DNA of 64,000 nucleotides from Candidatus Bathyarchaeota archaeon (GTDB lineage: Archaea; Thermoproteota; Bathyarchaeia; TCS64): NCBI GenBank assembly GCA_043826455.1, contig JBDRQD010000048.1, positions 209,341 to 273,340 of the forward strand, read 5' to 3'. Position numbers and translations under genes: made by a program. The notes beneath the pieces are model-generated. The model made no database searches. It saw nothing but the letters and a program-made list of their open reading frames with translations, and was not told the DNA's origin. Shown here one piece after another: positions 30,485 through 40,587 of the stretch (positions are counted from its first letter, which is position 1; every line of letters begins with the position of its first letter).

Positions 30485-31288
30485 TCAACTGTCATCAAGA
30501 CCCAAGTCCACCAGCTCCAACCTCTCAGCGTCTTTGAGGAAGTGCTGGAAGAGCTCATCGCCCCACTCGATGGCTCTCCGGCTGTTGGACACCAGGTCCC
30601 TGCTGTAGTCGTACTCCCCGTTTAAGCTGAAGAAGCCCATGGAGAAGCTGTTCTCCGTCACGGTCAAGGCGACCCTCAGCTCGTCAGCCACGAATATCCT
30701 CAGCCTATCCTTCTCAATGTAATTGAGTATCTGCCGGGTGTCCGCCAAGGTCAGAGTCTTATCGAGGACGCCACGCGAGAGAATGAGGTCCACCGTCGCC
30801 CCTTCGCTGAGCAGCAGCTGGAAAGCCCCGATGAAATCCGAGTGGAAGATGGGGGACACCCCCCGCACCCTCCTCGAGGATAAGAGAAGCTGCTTAAAGG
30901 TGATGTGAACCCTATCCAGCTCCGTGGAGTCGTCCTGGATCATGGTCGAGTCCCGGAGGGCCCCAATCCTCCGCAGGAGGTGGCTCGGTATGGCCGTGAT
31001 GTCGTGCCTGAGCCAGAAGTCCCTAAACTTTTCAAGCACTTCCACGGTTGAGGAGGCCTCCTCAATGAGATGGGCCTCGATGACTCCGAGCGGCGTCAGC
31101 CTATAATGTCTCCCAGCCTGCTCAGTCAGTTTCAATGTCTCTAGGTCCGTGAGGGCGTGTATGATGGTGGACCCGCTGCTGCCCAGCTCCTCTCTGAGGG
31201 TGCTCAGTTTCTTTTCACCTCGTAGGAGACTCGTAAGTATGTCCAGCTTGAGCTGGGACCTGAAGAGCTGAATGTATGGGGAGATCAT
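30485..31288 (-). CDS. wHTH + DUF1724 transcriptional regulator (FilR1-like)
   Basis: N-terminal HTH, YRLTPLG, FWLRHD..AIP, GEYD, AIEWGDELF. Confidence 0.8.
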   Translation of the reverse strand: MISPYIQLFRSQLKLDILTSLLRGEKKLSTLREELGSSGSTIIHALTDLETLKLTEQAGRHYRLTPLGVIEAHLIEEASSTVEVLEKFRDFWLRHDITAIPSHLLRRIGALRDSTMIQDDSTELDRVHITFKQLLLSSRRVRGVSPIFHSDFIGAFQLLLSEGATVDLILSRGVLDKTLTLADTRQILNYIEKDRLRIFVADELRVALTVTENSFSMGFFSLNGEYDYSRDLVSNSRRAIEWGDELFQHFLKDAERLELVDLGLDDS

Positions 31289-31388
31289 GGCTGATGCCTC
31301 AGTAGGTTGTTCGATCTAAGCAATATTTAATGGCTTTCTGGGCCTCCAGAGCCTAAGCGCTATGAATACAGACTAAAGGCATGGTGGA

Positions 31389-32270
31389 TTACAGCAGCCT
31401 CATGAGAGCTACCAGAGGCATCCACTCCCCGTCCACCGCCAACTCCACAAGGAGCCTCTTATGTCCCTTCCTCGAGAAGACCCAGATGATCAGGTATCCG
31501 TAGACCAAGCCGAAGAACAGGGCCGGCATGTACTCCAGGAACAGCCCTTGCGCCAGGCAGTAGACCAGCCACGGCAACATGAGGCTGTTCACCATCAACA
31601 GGAGGCTCCGCGTCCTGCTCATCCCCAGGACTATGGGAAGGGTCCTCACACCTGAAGCCATGTCCCCCTCCACGTCACAGACATCGCACAGGACCGTGTT
31701 CACCAGGAGCTGGATGGATATGTACGCGAACGTCAACGCTATCTTCAGGGGGTCCACCGGCTGGGCGCTGGCCGGCAGGAGCGCCCCCGTGAACCCCCAG
31801 CTGAGGGCCACCAGGACGCTTTTCACGCCCACAATCTCCTTTAGCCTGGGGATCGAGGGCAGCAGCTTGACGCTGTAGGCTACGGATGCGATGAACGAGG
31901 TTAGAACCACTAAGAAGGCGTAGGCGCCGATCATGGCGCTCAATAAGAAGCACAGCACCATTGCAGTGATTGACGGTAATAGGTAGAAGCTTGCCCCCCG
32001 CGAGGCCGTCTCGGGTCTGTTTATGAAGTCCTCGGCCCTGTCCGTGGCCCTGTTCATGTTGTAGACGGAGTAAGTCGCGAAAAAAGCTATCAGCAGTATC
32101 ACGGGTTTAACCTCGACCCCATACAGCAGGGAGCTGAACGCCGCGACCATCTGCGCGTTCACGGCGAGAAACACTGAGGTTGATGTAACCATTCTGAGGA
32201 GGTCCAGCAACACCTCCCGCGCCTTAGCTGGGTACGGGTTGACAGGCTTTTCACCCACTAAAAGCGCCAT
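31389..32270 (-). CDS. UbiA-family prenyltransferase
   Basis: YNMNRATDRAEDFINRP, DVCDVEGD..GVRTLP; multiple TMs. Confidence 0.82.
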   Translation of the reverse strand: MALLVGEKPVNPYPAKAREVLLDLLRMVTSTSVFLAVNAQMVAAFSSLLYGVEVKPVILLIAFFATYSVYNMNRATDRAEDFINRPETASRGASFYLLPSITAMVLCFLLSAMIGAYAFLVVLTSFIASVAYSVKLLPSIPRLKEIVGVKSVLVALSWGFTGALLPASAQPVDPLKIALTFAYISIQLLVNTVLCDVCDVEGDMASGVRTLPIVLGMSRTRSLLLMVNSLMLPWLVYCLAQGLFLEYMPALFFGLVYGYLIIWVFSRKGHKRLLVELAVDGEWMPLVALMRLL

Positions 32271-32780
32271 GTCCGCTGCAGCCCCGGTTCCAAGTCCTGG
32301 GAATCTTTAAAGAGGTTTGAGGAGCCTGAGTCTGAAAGGCTAATCTCTAGGCTACCTACGAAAATCGTTGGTGGCTAGACCAGCGGGAGCAACAAATAGG
32401 AGGGTTCGTTGTTCAAATCTCATCGGTTTTTCCTGATCCTGCTCACCTTTTTTACAGATTCATGTAAAGTCATAATTCGCTGACCCAGCATAATGACGTA
32501 TTGTGTGGAGGTTACCCCACTCTTATGTGGTGAGGTTTAAATATGTAGAGTGACTTAACATAATTTACAGCCCCTTTCTATCCTCTTATGAGTAATTTGT
32601 TTCTGTCGTATAGAAACATTATCATTTTATAACAATATTGCTTTAGTAGGACAATTAATTTATTATCAATAGTTATATATAATGGAGATATTCTATACTC
32701 AATTAATATATCTATAACCATCAATCAATTATGGGCGGATATTTGGGGGAGAGAGCTGAACAGGGGGAGTAGAGGCAGTA

Positions 32781-33191
32781 GTGAGCAAAGAGAAACCGAT
32801 CCGGGTTCTCCACGTGGACGACGAGGAGGACCAGCTCAGGTTCACCAAGATGTTTCTGGAGGAGCTGGACCGGAGGGTCACTGTGGACTCCGTGTCCGAC
32901 CCGGAGGAGGCCATACGGCTCCAGGGCATGAACAGCTACGACGTGGTCGTCAGCGACTACATGATGGTGAATATGACGGGCGTCGACCTGTTCCAGAGAG
33001 TGAGGGAGCGGAGCGACGTCCCCTTCATCCTGTACACGGGCAAGGGCAGCGAGGAGGTGGCCGAGTCCGCGTCCAGGGCGGGGATGGACGGCTACATGAA
33101 GAAGGAGGCCGAGCCCAGCCACTACCAGGCCCTCTCCAGGCGCATACGGCAGGTTGTCGAGAAGCGCAGGATGAGGTTGCAGGTTTGCTGA
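32781..33191 (+). CDS. Response regulator receiver protein
   Basis: VLHVDD, VVSDY, FILYTG, YMKK. Confidence 0.88.
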   Translation: MSKEKPIRVLHVDDEEDQLRFTKMFLEELDRRVTVDSVSDPEEAIRLQGMNSYDVVVSDYMMVNMTGVDLFQRVRERSDVPFILYTGKGSEEVAESASRAGMDGYMKKEAEPSHYQALSRRIRQVVEKRRMRLQVC

Positions 33192-33259
33192 AGGACCAAA
33201 CCACATCATTTAGCTAAATGCAACTCGAAAAAATATCACATTCTTCCATGCAGTTGTCA

Positions 33260-33297
33260 GAAGATAGTTGGTGTGCTGGCCTGGCCCATCCTCAGTT
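33260..33297 (-). repeat. Degenerate copy of the RNase P RNA 3' end
   Basis: tggtgtgctggcc identical at 33269-33281 and 34179-34191, followed by cccatc.tc.gtt in both. Confidence 0.7.
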
Positions 33298-33363
33298 CCA
33301 TAAATCGCGCAGCACGTAACCGATAACCTCTTTCAATCAGATACAGATAAGCAACTAGGGTGA

Positions 33364-34137
33364 TTGTTGGTGGACTTGTTCAGCCTAAAAAATAAGGTGG
33401 CAATCGTCACCGGAGGAAACGGGGGCATCGGATATGGAATAGCATGTGGCTTAGCCAGCGTAGGAGGAAGCATAGTCATAGCTGCTCGTAACCCATCAAA
33501 GACGGCGAAGGTGGCGGAACACATCAGAAACGAGTACGGAGCCAAGGTTCTAGAACTCGGCGTCGACGTGAGCCAAGAGAACCAGATCACATCAATGGTG
33601 GAGAAGACTCTAGACTGTTTCGGTCGGATCGATGTACTGGTTAACAACGCGGGCATTAACATCCGGAAGATGCCCCAGGACCTGACCTCCGCTGAGTATG
33701 ATGAGGTACTGGAGGTGAACCTGCGGAGCGCCTTTCTGTGCTCGAAGGCAGTCTACCCGGCCATGAAAGAAGTCGGGAGTGGAAAGATCATCAACATAGG
33801 GTCAATGACGTCCCTGTTCGGCGGAGGCAAGCTGATGGCCTACGGGACCAGCAAGGGAGGGATAGTGGCCATGACCCGGGCACTGGCGGTTGCGTGGGCG
33901 ACGGACAATATTCAAGTCAATGCCATACTGCCTGGCTGGATTGACACAGATCTAACGAGAAGGGCGCGCGTAGAGTTGGAGGGGCTGAATGAGAGAGTTT
34001 TATCCAGGACGCCCGTTGGGAGGTGGGGGCAACCTGAAGACTTGCAGGGTTCAGCCATCTACCTTGCGACGGCCGCGTCCAACTTTGTGACCGGAGTGGC
34101 TCTTCCAGTCGACGGCGGCTACTCTGTGAGCATATGA
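33364..34137 (+). CDS. SDR oxidoreductase (KduD / gluconate 5-dehydrogenase-like)
   Basis: VTGGNGGIG, NNAG, IGS, YGTSKGG, PGWIDT, VDGG. Confidence 0.88.
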   Translation: MLVDLFSLKNKVAIVTGGNGGIGYGIACGLASVGGSIVIAARNPSKTAKVAEHIRNEYGAKVLELGVDVSQENQITSMVEKTLDCFGRIDVLVNNAGINIRKMPQDLTSAEYDEVLEVNLRSAFLCSKAVYPAMKEVGSGKIINIGSMTSLFGGGKLMAYGTSKGGIVAMTRALAVAWATDNIQVNAILPGWIDTDLTRRARVELEGLNERVLSRTPVGRWGQPEDLQGSAIYLATAASNFVTGVALPVDGGYSVSI

Positions 34138-34179
34138 TACCAACTCTAGCTTCTACATCATATTATTTGAAAAGGTAGT

Positions 34180-34467
34180 GGTGTGCTGGCCGTAACCCAT
34201 CTTCTGTTGACGGCGGCATTCAGCTATGCGGGCTACCCGCGCCCCCTGCAGGAGGGTATCGGCGCCTATTCGCCCTTGCACCCTGCGGGTCGGTCGTCTC
34301 ACCCAGGCCCGTAGCGTCCTCGTCCTCCTAGGAGTCACGGCGTGCCACGGGAGGTATCGTTTCTGTCCGTTGCCAGGGGTCTCCCCCTACGCCTCGCGGC
34401 GTCACAGCCCTGCTCGGTGGATGGAGTTTCCTCAGCCTCTCGGCCGGCGGCCGCCCACCAGCTCACC
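34180..34467 (-). ncRNA. rnpB: Archaeal RNase P RNA
   Basis: Minus strand has GAGGAAACTCCATC (CR-I), ACAGAAAC (CR-II), GTGCAAG, AACAGAAGATGGGTTA (CR-V); ends GGTGAGCTGG/CCAGCACACC pair as P1; TATA-like atttatt upstream. Confidence 0.93.
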
Positions 34468-34665
34468 TTGACAGTAGGAGCAGTTGGACTGAATAAATGT
34501 TCTGGAAACTGGCTAAGTTACCGGAGTAATGACTCCCCCCACCGGCGCCTTCATTACAACCATGTTATCCTTGGGCACCCGTCTTCTATTCGCGGTGACA
34601 TTGGTCTCTGGCTCACCGCCGCCATACAACCCAGGAAACAGAAGTTTATTCACAGACGACACATG

Positions 34666-35022
34666 GTGAGTAATCTCACTAAAGAAAAAGTTAGGAACAA
34701 AAGATGGAAAATTTTCTCCGCCTTATCCCAGCCGGCACGGGATAAGCCACCCAGCTAACGATACACCCACCACGCCACCGCCGGACACCCAGTGAGGGGG
34801 GAGGGGGGTAGAGCAAGATAGACCGGAAACGGGCGCCCCACGCCAAAAGGAGCCACAGAACCGGTCCGACGCCGCATGAATCTATGCAAAAACGCTGTCC
34901 ATACCATACAAAAACACGGCACATTCATCACATCAAGCACAGGGCAACGATGGTTGATATGCAAAAAAGGTAGGGGGGTATCAATTAATGGAGAATATTT
35001 TCATTATTAGACGGGATACCCT
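34666..35022 (-). repeat. Dispersed ~310-350 bp non-coding element, copy 1
   Basis: Reverse complement aligns along its length with 46763-47070; 34-bp exact block at 34836-34869. Confidence 0.9.
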
Positions 35023-35095
35023 CCTTCAGCCACGTAACAGCCGGGGCCTCCGATACTTTCACAGCCTCTATATCCTCCCAGTGCACAGTTAAACC

Positions 35096-35839
35096 ATGAC
35101 GCGTGTTCTTCTTGTGGGCGAGAGCTGGGTCAGCATCTCCACACACATCAAAGGCTTCAACCACTTCGTCAGCGGCACCTACGAGACCGGCCTCAAATGG
35201 TTCAAGGAGGCCATGAACCTGGAGGGCGTGGAGTTTACCCACATGCCGTCCCACCTGGCCGCCAACGAGTTCCCCTTCGACCCAGCGGACCTGCAATACG
35301 ATTGCATCATCCTCAGCGACGTGGGCGCAGACACGTTCCTGCTGCACCCCCGGACCTGGCTCCACGGGGAGAGGACCCCCAACCGATTGAGGGTCATCCA
35401 GGAGTACGTCAGACGCGGCGGCGGCCTCATAATGGCGGGCGGCTACATGAGCTACCAGGGCATCAACGGCGCCGCCATGTACCAGAGAAGCCCCCTGGCC
35501 GAGGCTCTGCCTGTGGAGATGATGGCCACCGACGACAGGTGCGAGCGCCCCGAGGGAGTGGAGCCTAAGATCATAGCTCAGCACCCGGTGGTTGAAGGGC
35601 TGCCCCAGCGCTGGCCCCACCTACTGGGCTACAACCTGGTCAAAGCGAAGAAAGGCTCACAGGTAGTTGCCAAGGTGGACAGGGACCCGCTCCTGGTCGT
35701 GGGCGAGTACGGCGGGGGACGCGCGATAGCCTTCACCACCGACATAGGCCCCCACTGGTGCCCCCTGGAGTTCGCCGAGTGGGACGGGTACCGGAGGCTC
35801 TGGAGCGGCATGGTGAGGTGGGCAGCAAGCGAGACGTAA
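35096..35839 (+). CDS. Glutamine amidotransferase-like protein (DUF1355)
   Basis: LLVGESW, IILSDVG, GGGLIMAGGYMSY, DIGPHW. Confidence 0.85.
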   Translation: MTRVLLVGESWVSISTHIKGFNHFVSGTYETGLKWFKEAMNLEGVEFTHMPSHLAANEFPFDPADLQYDCIILSDVGADTFLLHPRTWLHGERTPNRLRVIQEYVRRGGGLIMAGGYMSYQGINGAAMYQRSPLAEALPVEMMATDDRCERPEGVEPKIIAQHPVVEGLPQRWPHLLGYNLVKAKKGSQVVAKVDRDPLLVVGEYGGGRAIAFTTDIGPHWCPLEFAEWDGYRRLWSGMVRWAASET

Positions 35840-35898
35840 GCTTCTCGCCCCTTCTAGACCTTTATATCCATAAAATGTACCCATCAGTGAGGGATGAG

Positions 35899-37326
35899 AT
35901 GAACCCCAACGTCCTGAGCCAGCGGTACGCCACCCCCGAGATGAACAGGCTGTTCAGCGAGGAGGGCAAGACGGTCATGGAGCGGGAGCTATGGATCAGC
36001 GTCCTCAGGGCCCAGAAGAAGCTAGGCCTGACCCTCCCCGACGGCGTCATAGAGGCCTACGAGAAGGCGAAGGAGGACGTGAACCTTGGCCTCATCGAGG
36101 AGATCGAGCGGCGGACCAAGCACGATGTCAAAGCCAAGATCGAGGCCTTCGTCCAGGCGGCGGGGGGCCACGAGTACCTCCACATGGGGATGACCAGCCG
36201 CGACCTCACCGACAACGTGGAGCAGCTCCAGATCAAACGGGCCATGAAGCTGATCCATGGCAAGTACGTGTCCGTCCTCCGCCACATGCTGGACAGGGCC
36301 GAGATGTACAGGAGCGTGGTACTCACGGGGCGCACTCACCACCAGGCCGCCCAGCCCACCCTCCTGGGCCGTAGGTTCAGCATGTGGGCCGAGGAGCTCC
36401 TGCTTCACCTGAACGAGTTCGAGGCCTTCATCGACGCCTACCCGCTCCGCGGCATCAAGGGCGCCCTTGGCACCCAGTTCGACATGGTCACCCTCCTGGG
36501 CAGCGGCGAGAAGGCTGGGAGACTGGAGGCGCTGGTAGCCGCCGAGTTGGGCTTCAGGGAGACCCTGGACAGCACAGCCCAGGTCTACCCCAGGAGCCTG
36601 GACTTCAAGGCGGTGAGCCACCTGGCGGCCCTGGCCTCGGCCTGCGAGAGCTTCGCCAAGACCATGAGGCTCATGGCCGGCTACGACCTGGTGACGGAGG
36701 GCTTCGCGGAGGGCCAGGTGGGGAGCAGCGTCATGCCCCACAAGATGAACACCCGCAGCAGCGAACGCATATGCGCCTTCGCTGAGCTCCTGAAGATGTA
36801 CGCCGACGGAGCCTCAAGGCTGGCAGGCGACCAGTGGGAGGAGGGAGACGTCTCGTGCAGCGCTCTCCGTAGGGTCGTCATCCCCGACGCCTTCTACGCC
36901 TCGGACGGCCTCGTCGAGACCACCCTGACGGTGCTCAACCAGATGGGCGCCTACCCCGCCGTCATAGGCAAAGAGGTGGACAGGTACCTGCCATTCCTTG
37001 CCACCACCGAGATACTGAGCCTAGCCTTGAAGCACGGCGTCGGCCGCGAGAAGGCTCACGCGGCCATAAAGAAGCACGCGGTGGGGGAGGCCCTCCGAAT
37101 GAGGAAGACCGGCTCAGCGGAGAACAGGCTCATCAGGCTCCTCACAGGGGACCCCGCGTTCAAGGAGGCCGGCGTCACCGAGGCCATGCTCGGCGAGGTG
37201 CTCAGAGACAAGGCCCACTTCCTGGGCAACGCCGAGAAGCAGATAGACGCCGTCAAGTCGAAGGCCAACCAGGTTCTCGGGAAGTACTCCCGGGAAGCCG
37301 CCTACGAGCCCAGGGAGATACTGTAA
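35899..37326 (+). CDS. purB: Adenylosuccinate lyase
   Basis: TKHDV, HMGMTSRD, GRTH..AQPT, GSSVMPHKMN. Confidence 0.92.
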   Translation: MNPNVLSQRYATPEMNRLFSEEGKTVMERELWISVLRAQKKLGLTLPDGVIEAYEKAKEDVNLGLIEEIERRTKHDVKAKIEAFVQAAGGHEYLHMGMTSRDLTDNVEQLQIKRAMKLIHGKYVSVLRHMLDRAEMYRSVVLTGRTHHQAAQPTLLGRRFSMWAEELLLHLNEFEAFIDAYPLRGIKGALGTQFDMVTLLGSGEKAGRLEALVAAELGFRETLDSTAQVYPRSLDFKAVSHLAALASACESFAKTMRLMAGYDLVTEGFAEGQVGSSVMPHKMNTRSSERICAFAELLKMYADGASRLAGDQWEEGDVSCSALRRVVIPDAFYASDGLVETTLTVLNQMGAYPAVIGKEVDRYLPFLATTEILSLALKHGVGREKAHAAIKKHAVGEALRMRKTGSAENRLIRLLTGDPAFKEAGVTEAMLGEVLRDKAHFLGNAEKQIDAVKSKANQVLGKYSREAAYEPREIL

Positions 37327-37374
37327 GCCAAGCCTCATGGCAACCTCTAAATCCGGTGCGGCAGCCATGGATTC

Positions 37375-38412
37375 ATGGCCTCCGAAGTAAAGGTCCTCAT
37401 CACGTTTCACCTCGCCCCCGACCTCCTCGAGAGAGTGGAACAGCTGCCCGGCGTCCAGGTCCTGTACGATCCCAGTCTGCTGGGGAAGCCCAGGTACATG
37501 AACGACCAGCACGGCGGACCCATCCAGCGTACCCCAGAGCAGGAGGCCAGGCTCAGGGAGATGATGAGCCAGGCCGAGGTGCTGTTCGGCTACGTCCCAG
37601 AGGAGTACCAGCCGGAGATAAGGCGCTACTTGCCCCTGCTCAGGTGGATGCAGTCAGCCAGCGCGGGCATAGGGTGGAGAGCCAAGACCATGGGCTGGAC
37701 GGAGACCAACATCATGTTCACGTCCTCCAGCGGCATCCACTCCACGCCCCTGGCCGAGTTCTGCCTCATGGCCATGCTCATGTACGTCAAAGACTACTTC
37801 TACATGGCTGATGAGAAGGCGAGGAGACACTGGCAGCGGACCTGCACCACGGAGCTGAGGGGCAAGACCCTCGCGGTGGTAGGCCTCGGCAGAGTAGGGA
37901 CCGAGGTGGCCCGCCTCGCCCGGTGCTTCGGGGTCCGCGTCATTGGCACCAAGAGGCACGTCGAGGGCGCTGACCCTGAGAGGCTGCACGTGGACGCCCT
38001 CTACCCCTGGACCGGCCTCAGAGATATGCTGGGGGAAGCCGACTACGTGGTCCTCATATGCCCGGAGACGGAGGAGACCCGCGGCCTCATGGGGCGAGGG
38101 GAGCTGGCGGCCATGAAGAGGGGCGCCGTCCTCATCAACATAGCCAGGGGCAGCGTCGTGGACGAGGAGGCCCTCATCGAGGCCCTCAGGTCAGGGCACC
38201 TGGGAGGAGCGGCCCTGGACGTGGCCCAGACGGAGCCCCTGCCCCCGGATAGCCCTCTCTGGGACCTGCCCAGGGTCATCATAAGCCCCCACTCGGCCAG
38301 CACCGCCGACACCGAGAACGCCAAGCTCACCCAGATGTTCTGCGACAACTACATTAGATACGTGGCTGGGGAGCCCCTGAGGAACCTTCTGGACAAGAGG
38401 CTACTCTACTAG
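37375..38412 (+). CDS. D-2-hydroxyacid dehydrogenase
   Basis: VGLGRVG, INIARG, LDV..EPL, SPHSA. Confidence 0.9.
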   Translation: MASEVKVLITFHLAPDLLERVEQLPGVQVLYDPSLLGKPRYMNDQHGGPIQRTPEQEARLREMMSQAEVLFGYVPEEYQPEIRRYLPLLRWMQSASAGIGWRAKTMGWTETNIMFTSSSGIHSTPLAEFCLMAMLMYVKDYFYMADEKARRHWQRTCTTELRGKTLAVVGLGRVGTEVARLARCFGVRVIGTKRHVEGADPERLHVDALYPWTGLRDMLGEADYVVLICPETEETRGLMGRGELAAMKRGAVLINIARGSVVDEEALIEALRSGHLGGAALDVAQTEPLPPDSPLWDLPRVIISPHSASTADTENAKLTQMFCDNYIRYVAGEPLRNLLDKRLLY

Positions 38413-38461
38413 GGCCGCAGACGCGACCCCTGCTACCTGTGAAGGGTGCCTCCCCCGCCCC

Positions 38462-39145
38462 TCACTGGGACGAGCTCCTCAGGTACAGTATGAGGGCTGT
38501 GGCTACCCCTAGGACCACCACCACCCCTATCACCACGTGAGGCACGGGCAGGCTCCCCAGGGGCCCACCCAGGGCGGCCCCTATGTAGGGAACCGCCAGG
38601 TATATGGCGGCTGTGAGCACGGCCGTGGCCGTCACCAACATTATCAGGTACCCCATCTGGCCCCCCGAAACCTGGTCTATGTCATCGGGGACCGCGCCCC
38701 TGCTGAGGAGCTCCTGCCTCATCTCCCTGAACCGGACGCTGTGGCGGAGGGTGAGGTACGCCACCTGTAGTAGGAGGCCCACCGTGAACACCCAGAGGGC
38801 CGTCACCTTAGTGACGGGGGGCAGATCCAGTATGAGGCCCACCCAGTTGAAGGTGCTGAAGTCCAGGACCGAGGGGAAGAACATGAGCATGTTGAGCATG
38901 AATATGCGTCCGAACCAGTCCGCGTCGCCCCGCCTCCAGAAGGCGATGATGGCTAGGAGGGCCAGGAGTATGGTGACCAGGTCCATGTAGGCTATGTAGT
39001 CGCCTACGAGATACCCGATGAAGCTGTCCTGGACCATGGCCACGATCTTAGCGTAGAGGGCGGTCTGGACCATGGTGACGGCGGCCATGTAGCAGGCCGC
39101 TAGGCTGACCCCCAGCTCCATGGACCTTATGACGTTCTCCTTCAT
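38462..39145 (-). CDS. Membrane protein (MoxR operon)
   Basis: Several TMs; start overlaps the DUF58 stop. Confidence 0.7.
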   Translation of the reverse strand: MKENVIRSMELGVSLAACYMAAVTMVQTALYAKIVAMVQDSFIGYLVGDYIAYMDLVTILLALLAIIAFWRRGDADWFGRIFMLNMLMFFPSVLDFSTFNWVGLILDLPPVTKVTALWVFTVGLLLQVAYLTLRHSVRFREMRQELLSRGAVPDDIDQVSGGQMGYLIMLVTATAVLTAAIYLAVPYIGAALGGPLGSLPVPHVVIGVVVVLGVATALILYLRSSSQ

Positions 39146-40587
39146 CCCGCCACCCTCTGCCGTTGAAGCGCCTGGGCGAAGCTCTCCCCTATGGGGTCCC
39201 AGTTCACCACGGTGCACCCCATGCCCCGGAGCACGTCGTACACCGGCTTGTTGTGGTAGGTGAGGAAACCTGCGGCTATCTTCTCCTCCTCAGTCTGGGC
39301 CGCGACGCTGTACCCCTGGACGTTGAAGAGGATGATGTCGGGCCGGCCCACGGCCCTCACCATGTACCTGTGGAGCTCCTTGACGCCCTCCACTATGCCC
39401 CGCGCCTTGGCGGCCTCGATCATGGTTATCACCACGAAGAGGGGCTGGGACCCCACTATGTAGCGGCGGCAGCTGTGGATGGCCTCCTTGAGGCTCTCGG
39501 TGCTGTACCTGACATCCACGTGTAGGAGCTCCCTGGTGATCCTGTACTGCTGCCGCTTGCCCACGTCCGGGAAGATGACCCGGCTGGCGGACCTGGGCTT
39601 GGCGGCTCCTACCTCGACTTCCTCCTCCACGGCCTCTATCTGGTCTATGCCCTCCAGGACACCTATCTCGGGGGGCTTCTCAGTCCTCCTGAAGGTGCCC
39701 TCCCACTGGAAGGCGTCGTGGTCGTAGACGCAGAAACCCACCCTGCAGTCGCGTTCCAGGTAGAAGTTGGTAAACCCAAGGGTGGCTCTGATGGCGTACT
39801 CCATAGTGTTGTTGACGGCGGTGCCCAGGGCCATGTGGACGGCGCTGTCCAGGAATATCCACACCATCTTCTTGCCCTCCTTCTCATACTCGTTGACAAG
39901 GAAGCCCCCCGACCTGTAGCTGAGGCGCTTGGCGCTGGCCTTCCAGTTGATGTTCCTGTAGTGGTCCCCCTGCTGGTAGTCCCTGATCTCCCGGAAGTCG
40001 GTGGTGGGTATCCCGAACCTGAACCTGGCGTCCATGGGCATGGGGATCTTGGTGACGCTCTTGTGGTTCTTGATCTTCCTGACGAAGAGGGGGTGGGGCT
40101 GCACCACCACGGCCCGCTTAGCTATTATGCTGCCCAGCTGGTTGCTGCTCATGACCAGGGGGTGGCGAACCTCGTAGCTTATCTCGCCTATGTCGTAATA
40201 GCCCCGCTTGGGGCACAGGGCCATGTACCCGAACTCCACGGTCTTGGGCTTCAGGCCCTTCCAGAAGGCCTTGAAGTTGGTGCCCTCCTCCAGGGCGAAG
40301 CTCTTGGGCAGGACGTCGGCCACAGTGACCACGCCGGGGCCCCCATCCACGTTGACCACGATCCTGTCCCCCATCTTGTCGTCCACGTTGATCTTGATGT
40401 CCTTGCCCACCCGCTCCACCGAGGTAACACTGGGCTGCCCTATGAGGACGCCCAAGGCCAGGAATATGACGGGGGCCATGCCCAGGGATATGAGGATGAG
40501 GTTGCCCAGGAACATGCCCATCACTAGGAAAGTGACGGTAGTAACCACCAGCTCTATGGTGTCCTGGGTAAGTAGCCGGGCTGTCAC
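39142..40587 (-). CDS. DUF58 family protein
   Basis: FREIRDYQQGD..INWKASAK, VNEYE, IFLD. Confidence 0.88.
   Translation of the reverse strand: MTARLLTQDTIELVVTTVTFLVMGMFLGNLILISLGMAPVIFLALGVLIGQPSVTSVERVGKDIKINVDDKMGDRIVVNVDGGPGVVTVADVLPKSFALEEGTNFKAFWKGLKPKTVEFGYMALCPKRGYYDIGEISYEVRHPLVMSSNQLGSIIAKRAVVVQPHPLFVRKIKNHKSVTKIPMPMDARFRFGIPTTDFREIRDYQQGDHYRNINWKASAKRLSYRSGGFLVNEYEKEGKKMVWIFLDSAVHMALGTAVNNTMEYAIRATLGFTNFYLERDCRVGFCVYDHDAFQWEGTFRRTEKPPEIGVLEGIDQIEAVEEEVEVGAAKPRSASRVIFPDVGKRQQYRITRELLHVDVRYSTESLKEAIHSCRRYIVGSQPLFVVITMIEAAKARGIVEGVKELHRYMVRAVGRPDIILFNVQGYSVAAQTEEEKIAAGFLTYHNKPVYDVLRGMGCTVVNWDPIGESFAQALQRQRVAG

Noticed and set aside
32353..32424. 23-aa minus-strand ORF as a peptide substrate for UbiA
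   Set aside because: No supporting motif; ORFs this short arise by chance.
32520..32730. Replication origin (AT-rich unwinding element)
   Set aside because: No ORB repeats or cdc6/orc1 gene visible.
34153..34758. ORFs overlapping the RNase P locus
   Set aside because: Explained by the ncRNA; no protein motifs.
34666..34985. SRP RNA or a small protein gene for the ~310-bp element
   Set aside because: No SRP helix-8 motif seen; the similar short ORFs in the two copies are broken by different indels.
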